Counted from the stretch's first letter, positions 39,458 to 50,903 are shown. The stretch: 64,000 nucleotides of DNA from an uncultured bacterium (GCA_964607485.1 CAZSKP010000007.1:85539-149538); one strand, 5' to 3'. The notes: generated by a model not told the origin, from the letters alone. Translations and numbers: made by a program.

Positions 39458-40696
39458 TCAGGAGAAGCGGAGTGCCTCGACGATTTGCAAGCGCGCCGCC
39501 CTGAGTGCCGGCAGAATGCCGGAGAGAACACCCACCAGTGTCATGGTGCAAAGCGCCAGTTCGACGATGGCCGGGTCGATCTCGGGCGCAGCGACGAGAC
39601 GCGGCAGCTTAAGCATGCCGAGCAGCAGACAAATCGAACAGCCAAGAACGACGCCGGTGAAACCGGCAAGGAACGTGACAAAGAGCGACTCGATCAGGAA
39701 CTGCAGAAACACCTGTCGGTTCCGCGCGCCGACGGCTTTGATGATGCCGATCTCTCTGACGCGCTCGTTAATCGAAACAAACATGATGTTCATGACGCCG
39801 ACACCGCCGATCAGAAGAGTTATGACGCTGGCGACTCCCAGGAATATCTGCAGCCCGATGGTGACGCCTTTGACCCTGGCTATCATGTCGGTGGTTCCGA
39901 AAAAATGGAGCGCATCCGTATCGGCGGGTTCGAAATCGTGCCTGACTGCAAGGGTTTGCCGTATCTGCTCGCGCGCCGTCTTCTCGCGCTCCAGCGAACG
40001 AGGCTGCACATAGAGGAGGTAGAAATAGCGCGAGCCGGTGAACAAATCCCGGGCAGTCGTGTAAGGAATCAGTATCTGATCGTCGTCGAGGCTGCTAGGC
40101 CGGCTTAGTTGGTCTCCCTTCTTTTCCAAAGCGCCGATCACCTCGAACCGGATTCCGCTCAGGCGGATGAATTCTCCTGGAGCATCCTGTCTGCCGAACA
40201 GCTTCTCCTTGACGTTTGCGCCCAGCACGCATACCCGCCGCGCAAGCCTAATGTCATCCGAACCAATGAATCTCCCTTCTTCGACGGTCATGTTCCGGAT
40301 GATTTGCGCGTCGGGATTGACACCGTTCGTTTCACTCGATAATATTTCGCTGCCGCGCTCGACTTCTCTGAATCCGATGCCCACCTGCGGTGAAATCAGT
40401 TCCACTTCCGGACAATGATCTTTGATCGCGTCCACATCCTCAATCGTAAACCGTATTTGCCGTCCCCCCTTTACTCCGCTGACCTCGTCGCTGGCCTTTC
40501 CCGCCCACACATAGATCATGCGCTTCCCGATTTTCTGAAACTCAGCGTAAAAGAGTCTCTGAGAGGCCTTACCCATTCCGACCAGGATAATCATCGAAGC
40601 TATTCCCCAGATGATGCCGAACATGGTCAGTCCGGTTCGAAGTTTGTGCCCCCGAAGGCTGTGCCATGCTTGCGTTATCGATTCCCAGAAGAACAT
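39458..40696 (-). CDS. ABC transporter permease (MacB/FtsX-like)
   Basis: KLRTGLTMFGIIWG, GGVGVMNIM, ERVREIGIIKAVGA, PALRAA. Confidence 0.9.
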   Translation of the reverse strand: MFFWESITQAWHSLRGHKLRTGLTMFGIIWGIASMIILVGMGKASQRLFYAEFQKIGKRMIYVWAGKASDEVSGVKGGRQIRFTIEDVDAIKDHCPEVELISPQVGIGFREVERGSEILSSETNGVNPDAQIIRNMTVEEGRFIGSDDIRLARRVCVLGANVKEKLFGRQDAPGEFIRLSGIRFEVIGALEKKGDQLSRPSSLDDDQILIPYTTARDLFTGSRYFYLLYVQPRSLEREKTAREQIRQTLAVRHDFEPADTDALHFFGTTDMIARVKGVTIGLQIFLGVASVITLLIGGVGVMNIMFVSINERVREIGIIKAVGARNRQVFLQFLIESLFVTFLAGFTGVVLGCSICLLLGMLKLPRLVAAPEIDPAIVELALCTMTLVGVLSGILPALRAARLQIVEALRFS

Positions 40697-40709
40697 CCCC
40701 GATAAAACC

Positions 40710-41951
40710 TCATTCGTATCGCAACGATTCGACCGGCTCGAGCCCGGCAGCCCTGCGCGCCGGCAAGACCCCGGCCAGAAGGCCGGTCAAAACCATGACC
40801 GCAAAACTGCCGGCCAAAGTGGCGGCCGAAATTTCGGGGGCCGCGAGTATCTTCGGACGGGGGATCGCGGCAAATGCGAGGCTGACCGCGCACCCGAGCA
40901 TTATCCCCATCAGCCCGCTCAGGACGGTTATCGTCATCGCTTCGGCCAGAAACTGCAGCAAGATGTGTTTGCGCTTGGCGCCGATCGCCTTTCGAACGCC
41001 GATTTCGCGCGTGCGCTCGGTTACACTGATCAACATGATGTTCATCACGCCCACTCCCCCCACAAATAGGGTTATCACGCCGATAATTGTCACGAATACC
41101 GCCGCAACCAGCGCCATGGTGTCCAGCGAGGTCAAAATGCTGCTGATGTCGACTATCTCGAGCGCCTCCTTGTCGTCGGGGGAAAAATCCAGTTTGCTGG
41201 CGAGGACGGCCCTGACTTCCTCGATGCACGCCTTGCTCTGCGAGGGATCGCGCGGCTGGACGGCGATCTCGTTTAAGTGTCGCCACCCGCTGATTTTCTC
41301 CAAGTAGGCGGTGATCGGGATATACGCTTTGTCGTCGTCGCGTCCGCCCCAGTCAACCAGGGTGTCTCCCTTTTTCTCAAGCACGCCGATCACTTCGAAA
41401 CTTGCGCCGCGAGCGTTGACGCGGCTTCCAATCACATCGTATCCGGGCGGAAAAAGGCCTTCTGCGAGGTCGGCTCCCAGGACGACGACACGCCTTCGCT
41501 CTTTGATGTCATCGGGGTGCAGGAACCTGCCACGCCGAACCGAGAGATTGAACATGCTGCGTGCATCGGAATTGACGCCGAGCAGATGTCCGGCTTTCAG
41601 CTTGTTGCCGGCCTTCAGGATGAGACCATGATAACCGTTGACCGGGGTCGCATACCGGACCGAGGGGCACTGCGCCAAGACAGCATCGACATTCTCCAGT
41701 TCAAAAAGCAACTGGCGTGCACCTCTGCGTCCGCTAATTTCCGAGCGCGCCCGTTTCGGCCAGAACATGACGAAGCCATCACCGACCGCACGGGATTCGG
41801 TTTTCATGACTTCCACGAAGCCGCGGCCCCATCCCAGCAGAAAAACAACGGAAGCCGTACCCCAGACGACTCCGAACATTGTCAGCACAGACCGCAAGCG
41901 ATTTGACCTGAGGCTCTGGAGCGACTCGCTCAAGATGTTTCTCAGAATCAT
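40710..41951 (-). CDS. ABC transporter permease (MacB/FtsX-like)
   Basis: RLRSVLTMFGVVWG, GGVGVMNIM, ERTREIGVRKAIGA, PVESLRYE. Confidence 0.9.
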   Translation of the reverse strand: MILRNILSESLQSLRSNRLRSVLTMFGVVWGTASVVFLLGWGRGFVEVMKTESRAVGDGFVMFWPKRARSEISGRRGARQLLFELENVDAVLAQCPSVRYATPVNGYHGLILKAGNKLKAGHLLGVNSDARSMFNLSVRRGRFLHPDDIKERRRVVVLGADLAEGLFPPGYDVIGSRVNARGASFEVIGVLEKKGDTLVDWGGRDDDKAYIPITAYLEKISGWRHLNEIAVQPRDPSQSKACIEEVRAVLASKLDFSPDDKEALEIVDISSILTSLDTMALVAAVFVTIIGVITLFVGGVGVMNIMLISVTERTREIGVRKAIGAKRKHILLQFLAEAMTITVLSGLMGIMLGCAVSLAFAAIPRPKILAAPEISAATLAGSFAVMVLTGLLAGVLPARRAAGLEPVESLRYE

Positions 41952-42643
41952 GTCGCGAGCATCCTCGTATCGGAGACGACCCTGCCGTCCCGAAGAGCGA
42001 CCACGCGTTCGGCCTGTTGGGCGATCGATTCTTCGTGCGTGACGATGACCAGGGTATTTCCTTTCTGATGCAGTTCTTTGAATAACGAGACGACTTCGGC
42101 CTCGGATGAACTGTCGAGGTTACCGGTCGGTTCATCGGCCAGGATCAGCGATGGGCGGTTCACAAGAGCGCGCGCGATCGCCACTCGCTGCACCTGTCCG
42201 CCCGAGAGCGCGTTCGGCCGGTGATGCATGCGGTCGGCGAGTCCGACGGCTTCGAGCACCTCTTTCGCGCGGCGCGACCGTTCGCGCGCGGGGACCCCTC
42301 CGTAGATGAGAGGCAATTCCACGTTCTGAAGAGCCGTCAGGCGGGGAAGAAGGTTGAAGGTCTGAAAGACGAATCCGATCTTTCTATTCCTGAGTTCGGC
42401 AAGGGCGTCGTCGCTTGAGCCGGTAATATCTGTTTTGTAAAAGCGGTATGTGCCTGAGGTCGGCCGCGAAAGACAGCCCATGATGTCCATCAAAGTGGTC
42501 TTGCCGGAACCGGAGGGGCCGATAATGGAAACGAACTCGCCTTGGTCGATGTCGAGAGAGACTCCTCGCAATGCGTGCACCTGAATCTCAGAGGAATCAT
42601 ACACTTTGGTTATGCTGCTGAGAGAGAGGAAACCTTTGTCCAA
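41948..42643 (-). CDS. ABC transporter ATP-binding protein (MacB/LolD-like)
   Basis: [30 protein letters not shown]. Confidence 0.93.
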   Translation of the reverse strand: MDKGFLSLSSITKVYDSSEIQVHALRGVSLDIDQGEFVSIIGPSGSGKTTLMDIMGCLSRPTSGTYRFYKTDITGSSDDALAELRNRKIGFVFQTFNLLPRLTALQNVELPLIYGGVPARERSRRAKEVLEAVGLADRMHHRPNALSGGQVQRVAIARALVNRPSLILADEPTGNLDSSSEAEVVSLFKELHQKGNTLVIVTHEESIAQQAERVVALRDGRVVSDTRMLAT

Positions 42644-42664
42644 TGCGGCTCCGTCCCATCCGTG

Positions 42665-43813
42665 TCATTTCTGCGAGACAATGACCTCGTCGTTCTCGCG
42701 AAGTCCCGAAAGCACCTCGCTGACGTCTGTCCCGCTGATACCGAGCACGACGTCCACCCGCCTCTTTCCCCCGGGTTGAGCCGGTTCTGGCACTTCCACA
42801 AAACTTGCGCCGCGCTCATAGCGAATGGCATTCTGCGGTACCAGCAGCACCTGCTTGTGTTTCTCCACGATAATTTCCGCATCGGCAGTCATGTTTGTCC
42901 TGAGGAAAACATCGGCGTCTTCGATAGTCACCTCCACTTCGAAGTTCATGATCCTGTCCTTTTCGACGCCGAGAGGGGAGATTCGCTTCACGTGTCCCTG
43001 AAATTTTCTGTCCGGATACGATTCGACGGATATGCGCGCCGGCATTCCTTCAATTATCAGGCCGATGTCGCTCTCGTCCACGTCGCCGACCATGTGCATC
43101 TCGCGCATGTCGCCGAGCGTCATCAGCAGCGTGCCCATCGTGGAAATGACCGATGAGACCGCCGAACCGACATCCACGTCTCGATGCAGGACGATGCCGT
43201 CGAGCGGAGAAACGATTGTGGCGTAGCTCAGCTCGTTTTCGGCCAGGTCCACCATCGCAGTCGCCGCCGAAAGCTCCGCCTTCGCCATGGCGACCGCAGC
43301 CTGCTTTGCAGCATGCGCCTGCTTCGCGATTTTCAGCGCGGTTTCCGCGTCATCAGTCTGTTCTTCCGAGACCAGGTTCTGCGCGAAGAGTCTCTGCGTC
43401 CGCTCATATTTCTTCTGAGCGGATTCCAGATCGACGGTGGATGCCTCGACCTGCGCTTGTTCGTAACGAGCCTGAGCCTTTTCGAGCGCCGCCCGCGCCT
43501 CGTTCACCCGGGAGGCCAGGATTTCACGGTCCAACTCGATGAGGATTTGTCCTTTGCTCACCTGGTCTCCCTCATCGACTGAAATGGTCCTCACTATCCC
43601 GTTTACCTTCGACCGGATCTCGACTTTGGAAAAAGGTTCGAGCTTTCCGGTGGCGATGACCCGGCGTTCAATATCGCCGCGCCTTATCCGCTCGGTTTCG
43701 AATGTAGCCTCTGCTGCGGTCCCCCGACAACCGAACAGCTCCAGGGAGACGAGTACCAGAGCCACAGGAATCACGATGCCTCTTGGAGAATATGGGAAGC
43801 ATAAGAACGCCAT
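42665..43813 (-). CDS. efflux periplasmic adaptor (MacA/HlyD-like)
   Basis: ATGKLEP...SKVNG, V.EGD.V.KGQ.L, coiled hairpin, SPLDGIV, VDESDI. Confidence 0.88.
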   Translation of the reverse strand: MAFLCFPYSPRGIVIPVALVLVSLELFGCRGTAAEATFETERIRRGDIERRVIATGKLEPFSKVEIRSKVNGIVRTISVDEGDQVSKGQILIELDREILASRVNEARAALEKAQARYEQAQVEASTVDLESAQKKYERTQRLFAQNLVSEEQTDDAETALKIAKQAHAAKQAAVAMAKAELSAATAMVDLAENELSYATIVSPLDGIVLHRDVDVGSAVSSVISTMGTLLMTLGDMREMHMVGDVDESDIGLIIEGMPARISVESYPDRKFQGHVKRISPLGVEKDRIMNFEVEVTIEDADVFLRTNMTADAEIIVEKHKQVLLVPQNAIRYERGASFVEVPEPAQPGGKRRVDVVLGISGTDVSEVLSGLRENDEVIVSQK

Positions 43814-44045
43814 ACCCGGCCTCTCTTCTCATACTGCGGAGAGTGTTCCTATATGAGTGGACTGTGCGACAAGACTCTCAAGAATCCTATCATATGCCGT
43901 TTGGCTCTGCAAGTAGCAACCATGCGCAAACCTAGGGCGGGAAGGGTTGATACGCTTCGAGGCCGACCTTTAATTTCCCGCCTTAAAAGACTCCCTATGT
44001 CCAAGATTAGGGGAGACCTGCCCCCGGTAACGCTACCGACCTGGA

Positions 44046-44258
44046 ATGGTCAAATTTGTGTTTACCATAGCAATGTTTCTGTTGATTGTGGGAGTGCTGC
44101 TGATTCTAATACTTCTGGAAACCATGACAATATGGATCGCTGAGAATAATCGTCGAAAGTTAGACCTTGACCAGCGCCTGGAAGTGATGGCAAGATTTTG
44201 GGCATATACTCCAAGGCAACTCTTGCGCAAACCCCAATGTGATGATATATTTTCTTAG
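44046..44258 (+). CDS. small hypothetical membrane protein
   Basis: 70-aa ORF with one N-terminal hydrophobic helix. Confidence 0.35.
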   Translation: MVKFVFTIAMFLLIVGVLLILILLETMTIWIAENNRRKLDLDQRLEVMARFWAYTPRQLLRKPQCDDIFS

Positions 44259-44563
44259 ATATTGTAGATGACAAGGGTTTCTGCAAAGGAGAAACAAATT
44301 CTTTTTGTGCCCATCTTGGGCTATTCCAACTCTTGCTTTCCATCCTTTTTTACACCCCCACCGCCACCCTTAGCTGCTTAGTTCAAACACAAGAAGGCTA
44401 TTGATGATGTTGGCAGGATTAACGGCCAAACGGCTCCGCCGGGGGTACTTTCCCCAGCCAAAAGCAGGTATCGTTTATCCCGCTTTCTGAAGTCGTTGCG
44501 TCGGCAAACACGAACATTGTCCTGGAAGTCGAAGGGCGGCGTTCTACAAAAGGAGGTTCAATC

Positions 44564-45574
44564 ATGACTGAAAGACCAAGCTTTGAGGGCATTATCCAAA
44601 TAGCCTTTGGCTTCTGGGCGTCAAAGGCTTTATTGAGCGCTGTCGAGATCGGGCTCTTCACTGAGCTCGCCGATGGTCCGTTGGATGCCGACAGGCTTAT
44701 TTCTCGCCTGGGAATCCAAAATCGTGGCGCCCGAGATCTATTTGATGCGCTTGTTGGACTAGGCATGCTCAATCGCGATGATGGCCAATATTCGAATGCA
44801 GCAGCAACCGGTTTCTTTCTTGATCGGTCTAAGCCCACCTATATAGGGGGTTTGCTCGAGATGGCCAATTCCAGGCTATATCCGTTCTGGGGATCGCTGA
44901 CAGAAGCCCTACGCACCGGTCAACCACAAAATGAGGCCAAAGTGGGGGGACAATGGTTCAACGATTTCTATAATGACCCAGCTCGGACGCGTGTTTTTCT
45001 CCAGGGGATGACAGGCCTAAGCATACCCTCGGCAGACGCCATCGCGGCCAAATTCCCCTGGTCCGATTACCAGACGTTCGTCGATGTCGGAACGGCACAA
45101 GGGGCATTACCGGTTCAAGTTGCCCTGGCTCACGAGCACTTGACGGGCGCAGGATTCGACCTTCCATCCGTTGGTCCTATATTTGATGAGTACGTGAATT
45201 CATTTGGACTCGCTCATAGGCTTCGATTCCTTCCGGGAGATTTCTTCAAAGACCCACTTCCACAAGCAGACGTTCTCGTGATGGGACATATTCTTCATGA
45301 CTGGAACTTGGAGGAAAAGCTCATGTTGCTAAGAAAAGCGTACGAAGCTATTGCTCCCGGAGGCGCCTTAATAGTCTACGATAACATTCTTGATGACGAT
45401 AGAAGAATCAACGTGTTGGGATTGCTGGAAAGCCTGGATATGCTGATAGAAACCCCTGGTGGTTTTGAATACACGAGAAAAGAGTGCTGCTCCTGGATGC
45501 GCGAGGTCGGATTCCGCGAAACCCGAGTCGAATCCCTTGACGGACCCGATTCGATGGCCGTTGGGATCAAGTAG
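44564..45574 (+). CDS. SAM-dependent O-methyltransferase (Methyltransf_2)
   Basis: [49 protein letters not shown]. Confidence 0.9.
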   Translation: MTERPSFEGIIQIAFGFWASKALLSAVEIGLFTELADGPLDADRLISRLGIQNRGARDLFDALVGLGMLNRDDGQYSNAAATGFFLDRSKPTYIGGLLEMANSRLYPFWGSLTEALRTGQPQNEAKVGGQWFNDFYNDPARTRVFLQGMTGLSIPSADAIAAKFPWSDYQTFVDVGTAQGALPVQVALAHEHLTGAGFDLPSVGPIFDEYVNSFGLAHRLRFLPGDFFKDPLPQADVLVMGHILHDWNLEEKLMLLRKAYEAIAPGGALIVYDNILDDDRRINVLGLLESLDMLIETPGGFEYTRKECCSWMREVGFRETRVESLDGPDSMAVGIK

Positions 45575-45795
45575 TCCAAAAGCCATGGCATAGAAAGTTA
45601 TGCGACCCGTCATACGGATAGGACTTGACGTACAACATGAGGCAAAGCCAGCGCCAGAGAATTCTATGAGCAGTGCAGGCGTTGGATAGAGAACAATGCA
45701 ATTATTGCCTTGGTCGGTTGATTCATATATCTCCCACGGTCCAATACCTCTTAAGCAACATAGGCGAACGGCATAGATTCCTCAGAACAACAGTC

Positions 45796-45896
45796 GAAAC
45801 CTTCACCTCCCGGGCTTTCTCAGAGTGCACATTTCACCCATCCAACCGTTCAAATGTCGCTCTGAGAGAGTGCATAATGCGTTTTCCATTCTTCAC
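45796..45896 (-). repeat. ~100-bp module-boundary repeat, copy F
   Basis: Reverse complement: GTGAAGAATGGAAAACGCATTATGCACTCTCTCAGAGCGACATTTGAACGGTTGGATGGGTG...GTGAAGGTTTC. Confidence 0.9.
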
Positions 45897-46105
45897 TTAT
45901 TTTCGCTGCTCCAAGCCATGATTCTCAGTCTTAAGGAATCAAGAATGGCAACCTTCTTTTTCACCAAACCTTGACCACCGATTTTCATGGTTGCCATGCA
46001 AAAATCGCTGCTCTCTGGTATGCTACTATGGTTCTTGGACTAGTATCGACACAGGTCGCCTTGGTGCGGGCAGGTCATCTCTTAATGCAAGCCCAATGAA
46101 GAATC

Positions 46106-47227
46106 ATGCATTGTGATTATCTTGTTATAGGAGCAGGGTTATTCGGATCTGTGGTGGCAGAACGGATAGCCAACGACTTGGGTGCGAACGTCGTACTCAT
46201 CGACAAGCGCTCTCATATTGGAGGAAACTGCTATTCTGAACTGGATCAGGAAACGGGTATCGAAATTCACAGATATGGTACGCACATTTTCCATACTGCA
46301 TCAGCAAGGGCCTGGGAATACGCCAATCGATTCACGGGGTTCAGCAACTATCATCATCAGGTCTTGACGACCCATCGCCAAAGAGTCTATCAAATGCCGA
46401 TTAACTTGGCGACGATCAATTCCTTTTATGGGATGAACCTGAAGTCTCATGAGGCGAGGGAATTCTTGCAGAGAGAGATTGAAAAGGAGGATATCAGAGA
46501 ACCCAAGAATCTGGAAGAGAAGGCGATCTCCTTAATGGGAAGGTCTCTTTATGAGGCCTTCATGAGAAACTATACGATAAAGCAGTGGGGCAAGGATCCC
46601 AGAGAGTTGCCACCGACGATCATAACTCGATTGCCGATACGATTTGACTGTAGGAGGGACTACTTCATTGATTCAAGGTGGCAGGGCATACCTCTGGACG
46701 GATACACGAAGATGTTTGAAAGAATGCTTGACTCGCCCAAAATTCACATAGAACTTGACTGTGACTATTTTGAAAATAGGGACGCTTTCAGAGTTGCGAA
46801 GAAGACCGTCTACACAGGACCTATAGACCGCTATTTCGGTTATGTCTATGGCGAACTGGAATGGAGGACGGTCAACTTAGAAGAAGAAGTCGTTGACGTT
46901 GAGGACTACCAGGGAACCTCTGTGATGAATTATGCGGATATGGATGTGAAATACACGCGTATCCACGAATTCAGACACCTGCACCCCGAGAGGCCTTATT
47001 GCAAAGCCACAACCATAATATCTCGAGAAACCTCTGGGCAAGGCGGAGATAATCCATATTATCCCATCAAGACCTTGAGAAACAATTCCCTCCTAGCAAA
47101 ATACCAGAAGCTCCAACAAGGAGAAGCCGGAATAATCATTGGCGGTCGTCTTGGAGACTACGATTATCTTGACATGGACAAGACAATCCTGGCTGCTCTT
47201 GATACGTATGAGCGTGACATTGTCTGA
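46106..47227 (+). CDS. glf: UDP-galactopyranose mutase
   Basis: IGAGLFG, HIGGNCY, YGTHIFHT, YTIKQWG, QGIP, YTRIHEF, PYYP, GRLGDYDYLDMD. Confidence 0.93.
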   Translation: MHCDYLVIGAGLFGSVVAERIANDLGANVVLIDKRSHIGGNCYSELDQETGIEIHRYGTHIFHTASARAWEYANRFTGFSNYHHQVLTTHRQRVYQMPINLATINSFYGMNLKSHEAREFLQREIEKEDIREPKNLEEKAISLMGRSLYEAFMRNYTIKQWGKDPRELPPTIITRLPIRFDCRRDYFIDSRWQGIPLDGYTKMFERMLDSPKIHIELDCDYFENRDAFRVAKKTVYTGPIDRYFGYVYGELEWRTVNLEEEVVDVEDYQGTSVMNYADMDVKYTRIHEFRHLHPERPYCKATTIISRETSGQGGDNPYYPIKTLRNNSLLAKYQKLQQGEAGIIIGGRLGDYDYLDMDKTILAALDTYERDIV

Positions 47228-47401
47228 GAGAAAGCTATCTTTGCCTCCAATCTGCTTCAATATTTCTGTATAGGGGTCCGCAGGGAGTCCCGGGAGTTTC
47301 CCTTAGGGGTTTGCTGGGATTCCTGATCGCGCTACTTGTGCGAGGATTCGGAGCGCTGTGAGAGACAGGATGTGCCGTAGTCGGGAGGGAGTACTCAGGA
47401 C

Positions 47402-48334
47402 GTGGGTGTCGACATCAGCATAGCGGTTTGCACGCGCAATCGCCGGAACCTGCTCGTTCAAGCTCTCGATAGTATTGATAAGTTGAAAGTTCCCGATGGT
47501 CTGAGCTACGAGGTGCTGGTAATCGATAACGGATCGACTGACGGCACGTGGGAAGTCGTCCAACGCTTTGTCGAGAAGGCCCACGATATATACGCGTACC
47601 ACTCCGAGCCGCGCAAGGGTCTATCCATCGCGTGCAATTGCGCAGTGGAGCGCGCGCGAGGTGAGATCATCGCGTTTGTCGACGACGATGTGGTCGTCGA
47701 CGAGCAGTGGCTGCAGGCGCTCCGCGACGTATTTGTGGCCCGGCCCGACATTGCCGCCGTCCAGGGAAAGATTTTGCTCCAGGAAGGGACGGATCCCGTG
47801 CCGCCGTGGCTGGCCGAGGAAGTAATCGCCATACAACCGCTCTATGATCGCGGGCCGACCCGGCAGTACGCTTCGGCGCTCGTGGGTGCAAACATGGCGG
47901 TTCGAAAGCGGATATTTGAGAAGTACAACTTGTTCAATATCCACTTGGGCGGGGGAGCCTCGGGTACATACCAAGATACGGAATTGGGCAGGCGGCTCGT
48001 GCAACACGGCGAGAAGATACTCTACGAACCTGCGGCCGTCGTTATTCACGCATACTTGCCCGAACGGATGACGCAAGAGTATGTGTGGAATAGGTGGCGG
48101 CAGATCGCACGCAGCAAGGCATACGTCGATGTCGTGCTGAACGGAAAGAAGCCCAGCGCCATCCGAAATCGGCTGAGACTGTTTCGCTATTCTGCGCGGA
48201 GGTCCTGGGGCCGGCTTACGCGCAACGAGCGCACGCGCCACCGGTACGACCGAAAGATCTACTATCAGAAAAACTACATGGCGGAAGTGACAAGACTGAG
48301 TAAGACACCGCCAATCGGGCTCGACGATCAATGA
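47402..48334 (+). CDS. glycosyltransferase family 2
   Basis: SIAVCTRNR, VIDNGSTD, AFVDDD, GANMA, QDTEL. Confidence 0.9.
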   Translation: MGVDISIAVCTRNRRNLLVQALDSIDKLKVPDGLSYEVLVIDNGSTDGTWEVVQRFVEKAHDIYAYHSEPRKGLSIACNCAVERARGEIIAFVDDDVVVDEQWLQALRDVFVARPDIAAVQGKILLQEGTDPVPPWLAEEVIAIQPLYDRGPTRQYASALVGANMAVRKRIFEKYNLFNIHLGGGASGTYQDTELGRRLVQHGEKILYEPAAVVIHAYLPERMTQEYVWNRWRQIARSKAYVDVVLNGKKPSAIRNRLRLFRYSARRSWGRLTRNERTRHRYDRKIYYQKNYMAEVTRLSKTPPIGLDDQ

Positions 48335-48401
48335 GATCGACAACCACAAAGGCTGCGGCCCACGCAAATTATTGGCGAGCAGACCACCCAGAAGAATGTC
48401 C

Positions 48402-48501
48402 GAAATCTTACTTTTCCCGTCGCCCGAAAGTACAACTTCCACCCATTCGACCGTTCAAACGTCGCTCTCAGAGAGTCAACATTCCGTTTTCGATTCTGCA
48501 C
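48402..48501 (-). repeat. ~100-bp module-boundary repeat, copy E
   Basis: Reverse complement: GTGCAGAATCGAAAACG...GAGAGCGACGTTTGAACGGTCGAATGGGTGGAAGTTGTACTTTC...GAAAAGTAAGATTTC. Confidence 0.9.
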
Positions 48502-48731
48502 TCCCGCCTTTTCAGGTCCTCCCGATGGTACGTCCGAGTCAATTTTTGACTCATCTCATGGCAAAGCTCCCTTTCTTGAAATCGAGTAGTTCGAAGGCTA
48601 TAATCGTGTCTGGGATTTCATTGAGCGGATCTTCCTTGTGCCCGCTGCGATAAGGGGTGCAGTCCGTACGAAAACTTCATGCCGCCACGATGGGTTCAGT
48701 TCACCACTCACGAATCGCAATGGGAGGACAT

Positions 48732-48971
48732 ATGGGTAAGCGCATGATACACATCTCCACCGATAATTGTACCGGCTGCCTGAGGTGTCAATTGGCCTGC
48801 TCGAAGTTACACACCGAGGCCTTCAACCCCATCAATGCGTATATCCAGGTAAAGTTGTCGGGTGTGGATTGTTCGATTTGTTTTACGGAAGAGTGCGACG
48901 AATGTGGGACATGCGTAGATAACTGCTTTTACGGCGCATTGCGAGAAGCGCCAGAGGAGAGCGGGAAATGA
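48732..48971 (+). CDS. small 4Fe-4S ferredoxin-like subunit
   Basis: CTGCLRCQLAC and CDECGTCVDNCFYGAL; GGAGG RBS; ATGA overlap with AOR. Confidence 0.85.
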   Translation: MGKRMIHISTDNCTGCLRCQLACSKLHTEAFNPINAYIQVKLSGVDCSICFTEECDECGTCVDNCFYGALREAPEESGK

Positions 48972-50833
48972 AAACGGGAGGTTTTGCCGGAAAAGTTCTT
49001 TATGTTGATTTAACGAAGAGAGAGATCAGGCGCGACCCGTTGGATCTTGACCTGGCGGAAAAATTTATCGGGGGTCTGGGACTCGGCATAAAATTGTTCT
49101 TCGACAAGGGCAGGCCGGGAGCCGATGCCTTGTCTCCGGAGAATCCAATCGTTCTGGGGGCAGGTCCTCTTGTCGGAACGGGGCTTCCTTCCACCTCCAG
49201 GGTTTATTCTGTCTCGAAGATGCCCACAAGCGGCACTATTGGCTGGTGCGGTGCGGGTGGGGTCAACTTCGGTTGTATGCTCAAGAACGCAGGATACGAC
49301 CATGTGGTGATCGAGGGACGGGCGGATCGGCCGGTCTATTTGAAAATCATCGACAGCGATGTGGAGATTTGTGATGCCGGGCCATTATGGGGAAAAAGCG
49401 TGGAGGAGACCTGTGAGGCGCTTTGGGAGTGCTTTGGCGAGCAGGCGGGCACGCTCTCCATCGGCCAGGCAGGCGAAAACCGAGTCTCCTTCTCCATGAC
49501 TTATATCGACCGAATCGCAACCATGGGACGGGGCGGATTCGGCGCCGTAATGGGATCCAAGAACCTCAAGGCGGTCGTCGCCAAGGGCAGTCACGGGATT
49601 ACGGTTTCAGATGGGAAGAGGTACAACGTTTTAAGCGAAGCTCTCCTGGAAAAAATCCGCCAGTATCCTTACCTGAAAGAATGGCAGGAACTCGGGCTGG
49701 TCAAATCCTTTCCACTTATTCCTAAAGAGACATATGACAGTATCAAGAAAAGACGCGTGGCCTGCGTATCCTGCCCCATCGGCTGCAAAGATATGGTCGA
49801 GATCCCGGACGGGGACCACAAGGGATTCGTCGCATGTTCGAGCTCTGTCGTGAACCTGTTCACGCCTGTATTATATGGTTTCAACGATTATCGCGAAGCG
49901 ATCAAACTAATCGCAACCCTCGACGATTACGGACTGGACATGTTCGAATTCTTCGGGGTGATGAGCTTAGCCAGGGTTCTGGGTGATCACGGGGTCATCT
50001 CACAGGACCGCATCGAAACGCCCATCCTTCTCGATTCTCTTCATTCCATGGAGACTTGGGCGAAAATGATAGCTTTCCGGGAGGAACTTGGTGAGATTCT
50101 AGCTCGCGGATTCAAAGGGATAATAAAGGAATTCGGCGAAGAAGCGAAAAAATGCGCGCCAACCCTCGTAAAAGGAATGCATCCTTATGCCGGGCCGGGG
50201 TCCGCCCTTTCCTGGAACCTCTTCGGAACCATGGAACTCGGACAGGTGCTCGATCCCCGGGGACCCCATGTGGGGTCCGGTGGCTCGCCAACATATTTTG
50301 CCAAGAGACCACTCGAGGTTTTCCCCCGTCATTTAACTAGAATGGGGGTCCCGCAGGAGGCCATCGAACGGATACTCCCCGGGTCGGGCTTGGCTGCCGA
50401 AGAACAGGGAATCGAGGTTGGGAAGCTCTTGAAGTATTCCCATGTCTGGTTCAGTATCCTGGGATCACTGGGCATCTGCGCCAGGGCGCAGATCAACCGA
50501 TTCTACAGTGCATCGTTATGCGCTGAACTCTACGAGGCAGTGACCGGCATTGCAACCGATCTGTCGGGGCTCAGGCAGCGGGCAGAACGGGTCTGGACTC
50601 TGTACAGGATAGCCAATCTCAGGGAGGGCTTCAACAGGAGCGATCACGAGAGCCTCCCCGACCAGTGGTTCGGAACGGAGGGCTTTAAGGATTATGTCAC
50701 AGAGCAACCCCTTGAGCGCCAAGAAGCCGAACGAATGATTGAAGATTATTATGGGGAATGGGGATGGGACAGAAAAACAGGAATCCCGACCGCACAAGTG
50801 CTCGATGCGCTCGGCTTGACAAACAACATCTAG
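48968..50833 (+). CDS. aldehyde:ferredoxin oxidoreductase family protein (W/Mo)
   Basis: YVDLT, GAGPLVG, GRGGFGAVMGSKNLKAV, CVSCPIGC, DDYGLD, GWDRKTGIPT. Confidence 0.87.
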   Translation: MKTGGFAGKVLYVDLTKREIRRDPLDLDLAEKFIGGLGLGIKLFFDKGRPGADALSPENPIVLGAGPLVGTGLPSTSRVYSVSKMPTSGTIGWCGAGGVNFGCMLKNAGYDHVVIEGRADRPVYLKIIDSDVEICDAGPLWGKSVEETCEALWECFGEQAGTLSIGQAGENRVSFSMTYIDRIATMGRGGFGAVMGSKNLKAVVAKGSHGITVSDGKRYNVLSEALLEKIRQYPYLKEWQELGLVKSFPLIPKETYDSIKKRRVACVSCPIGCKDMVEIPDGDHKGFVACSSSVVNLFTPVLYGFNDYREAIKLIATLDDYGLDMFEFFGVMSLARVLGDHGVISQDRIETPILLDSLHSMETWAKMIAFREELGEILARGFKGIIKEFGEEAKKCAPTLVKGMHPYAGPGSALSWNLFGTMELGQVLDPRGPHVGSGGSPTYFAKRPLEVFPRHLTRMGVPQEAIERILPGSGLAAEEQGIEVGKLLKYSHVWFSILGSLGICARAQINRFYSASLCAELYEAVTGIATDLSGLRQRAERVWTLYRIANLREGFNRSDHESLPDQWFGTEGFKDYVTEQPLERQEAERMIEDYYGEWGWDRKTGIPTAQVLDALGLTNNI

Positions 50834-50903
50834 AGGGCTTCATTGAGTATTGAAGTCCGGCACATTTTGCACAGATTCCCGGAAGATAAGTGCGATCTTT
50901 GTT

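Noticed and set aside
47270-47325. G/C-rich imperfect palindromes between glf and GT2
   Set aside because: No convincing stem, U-tract or second copy seen.
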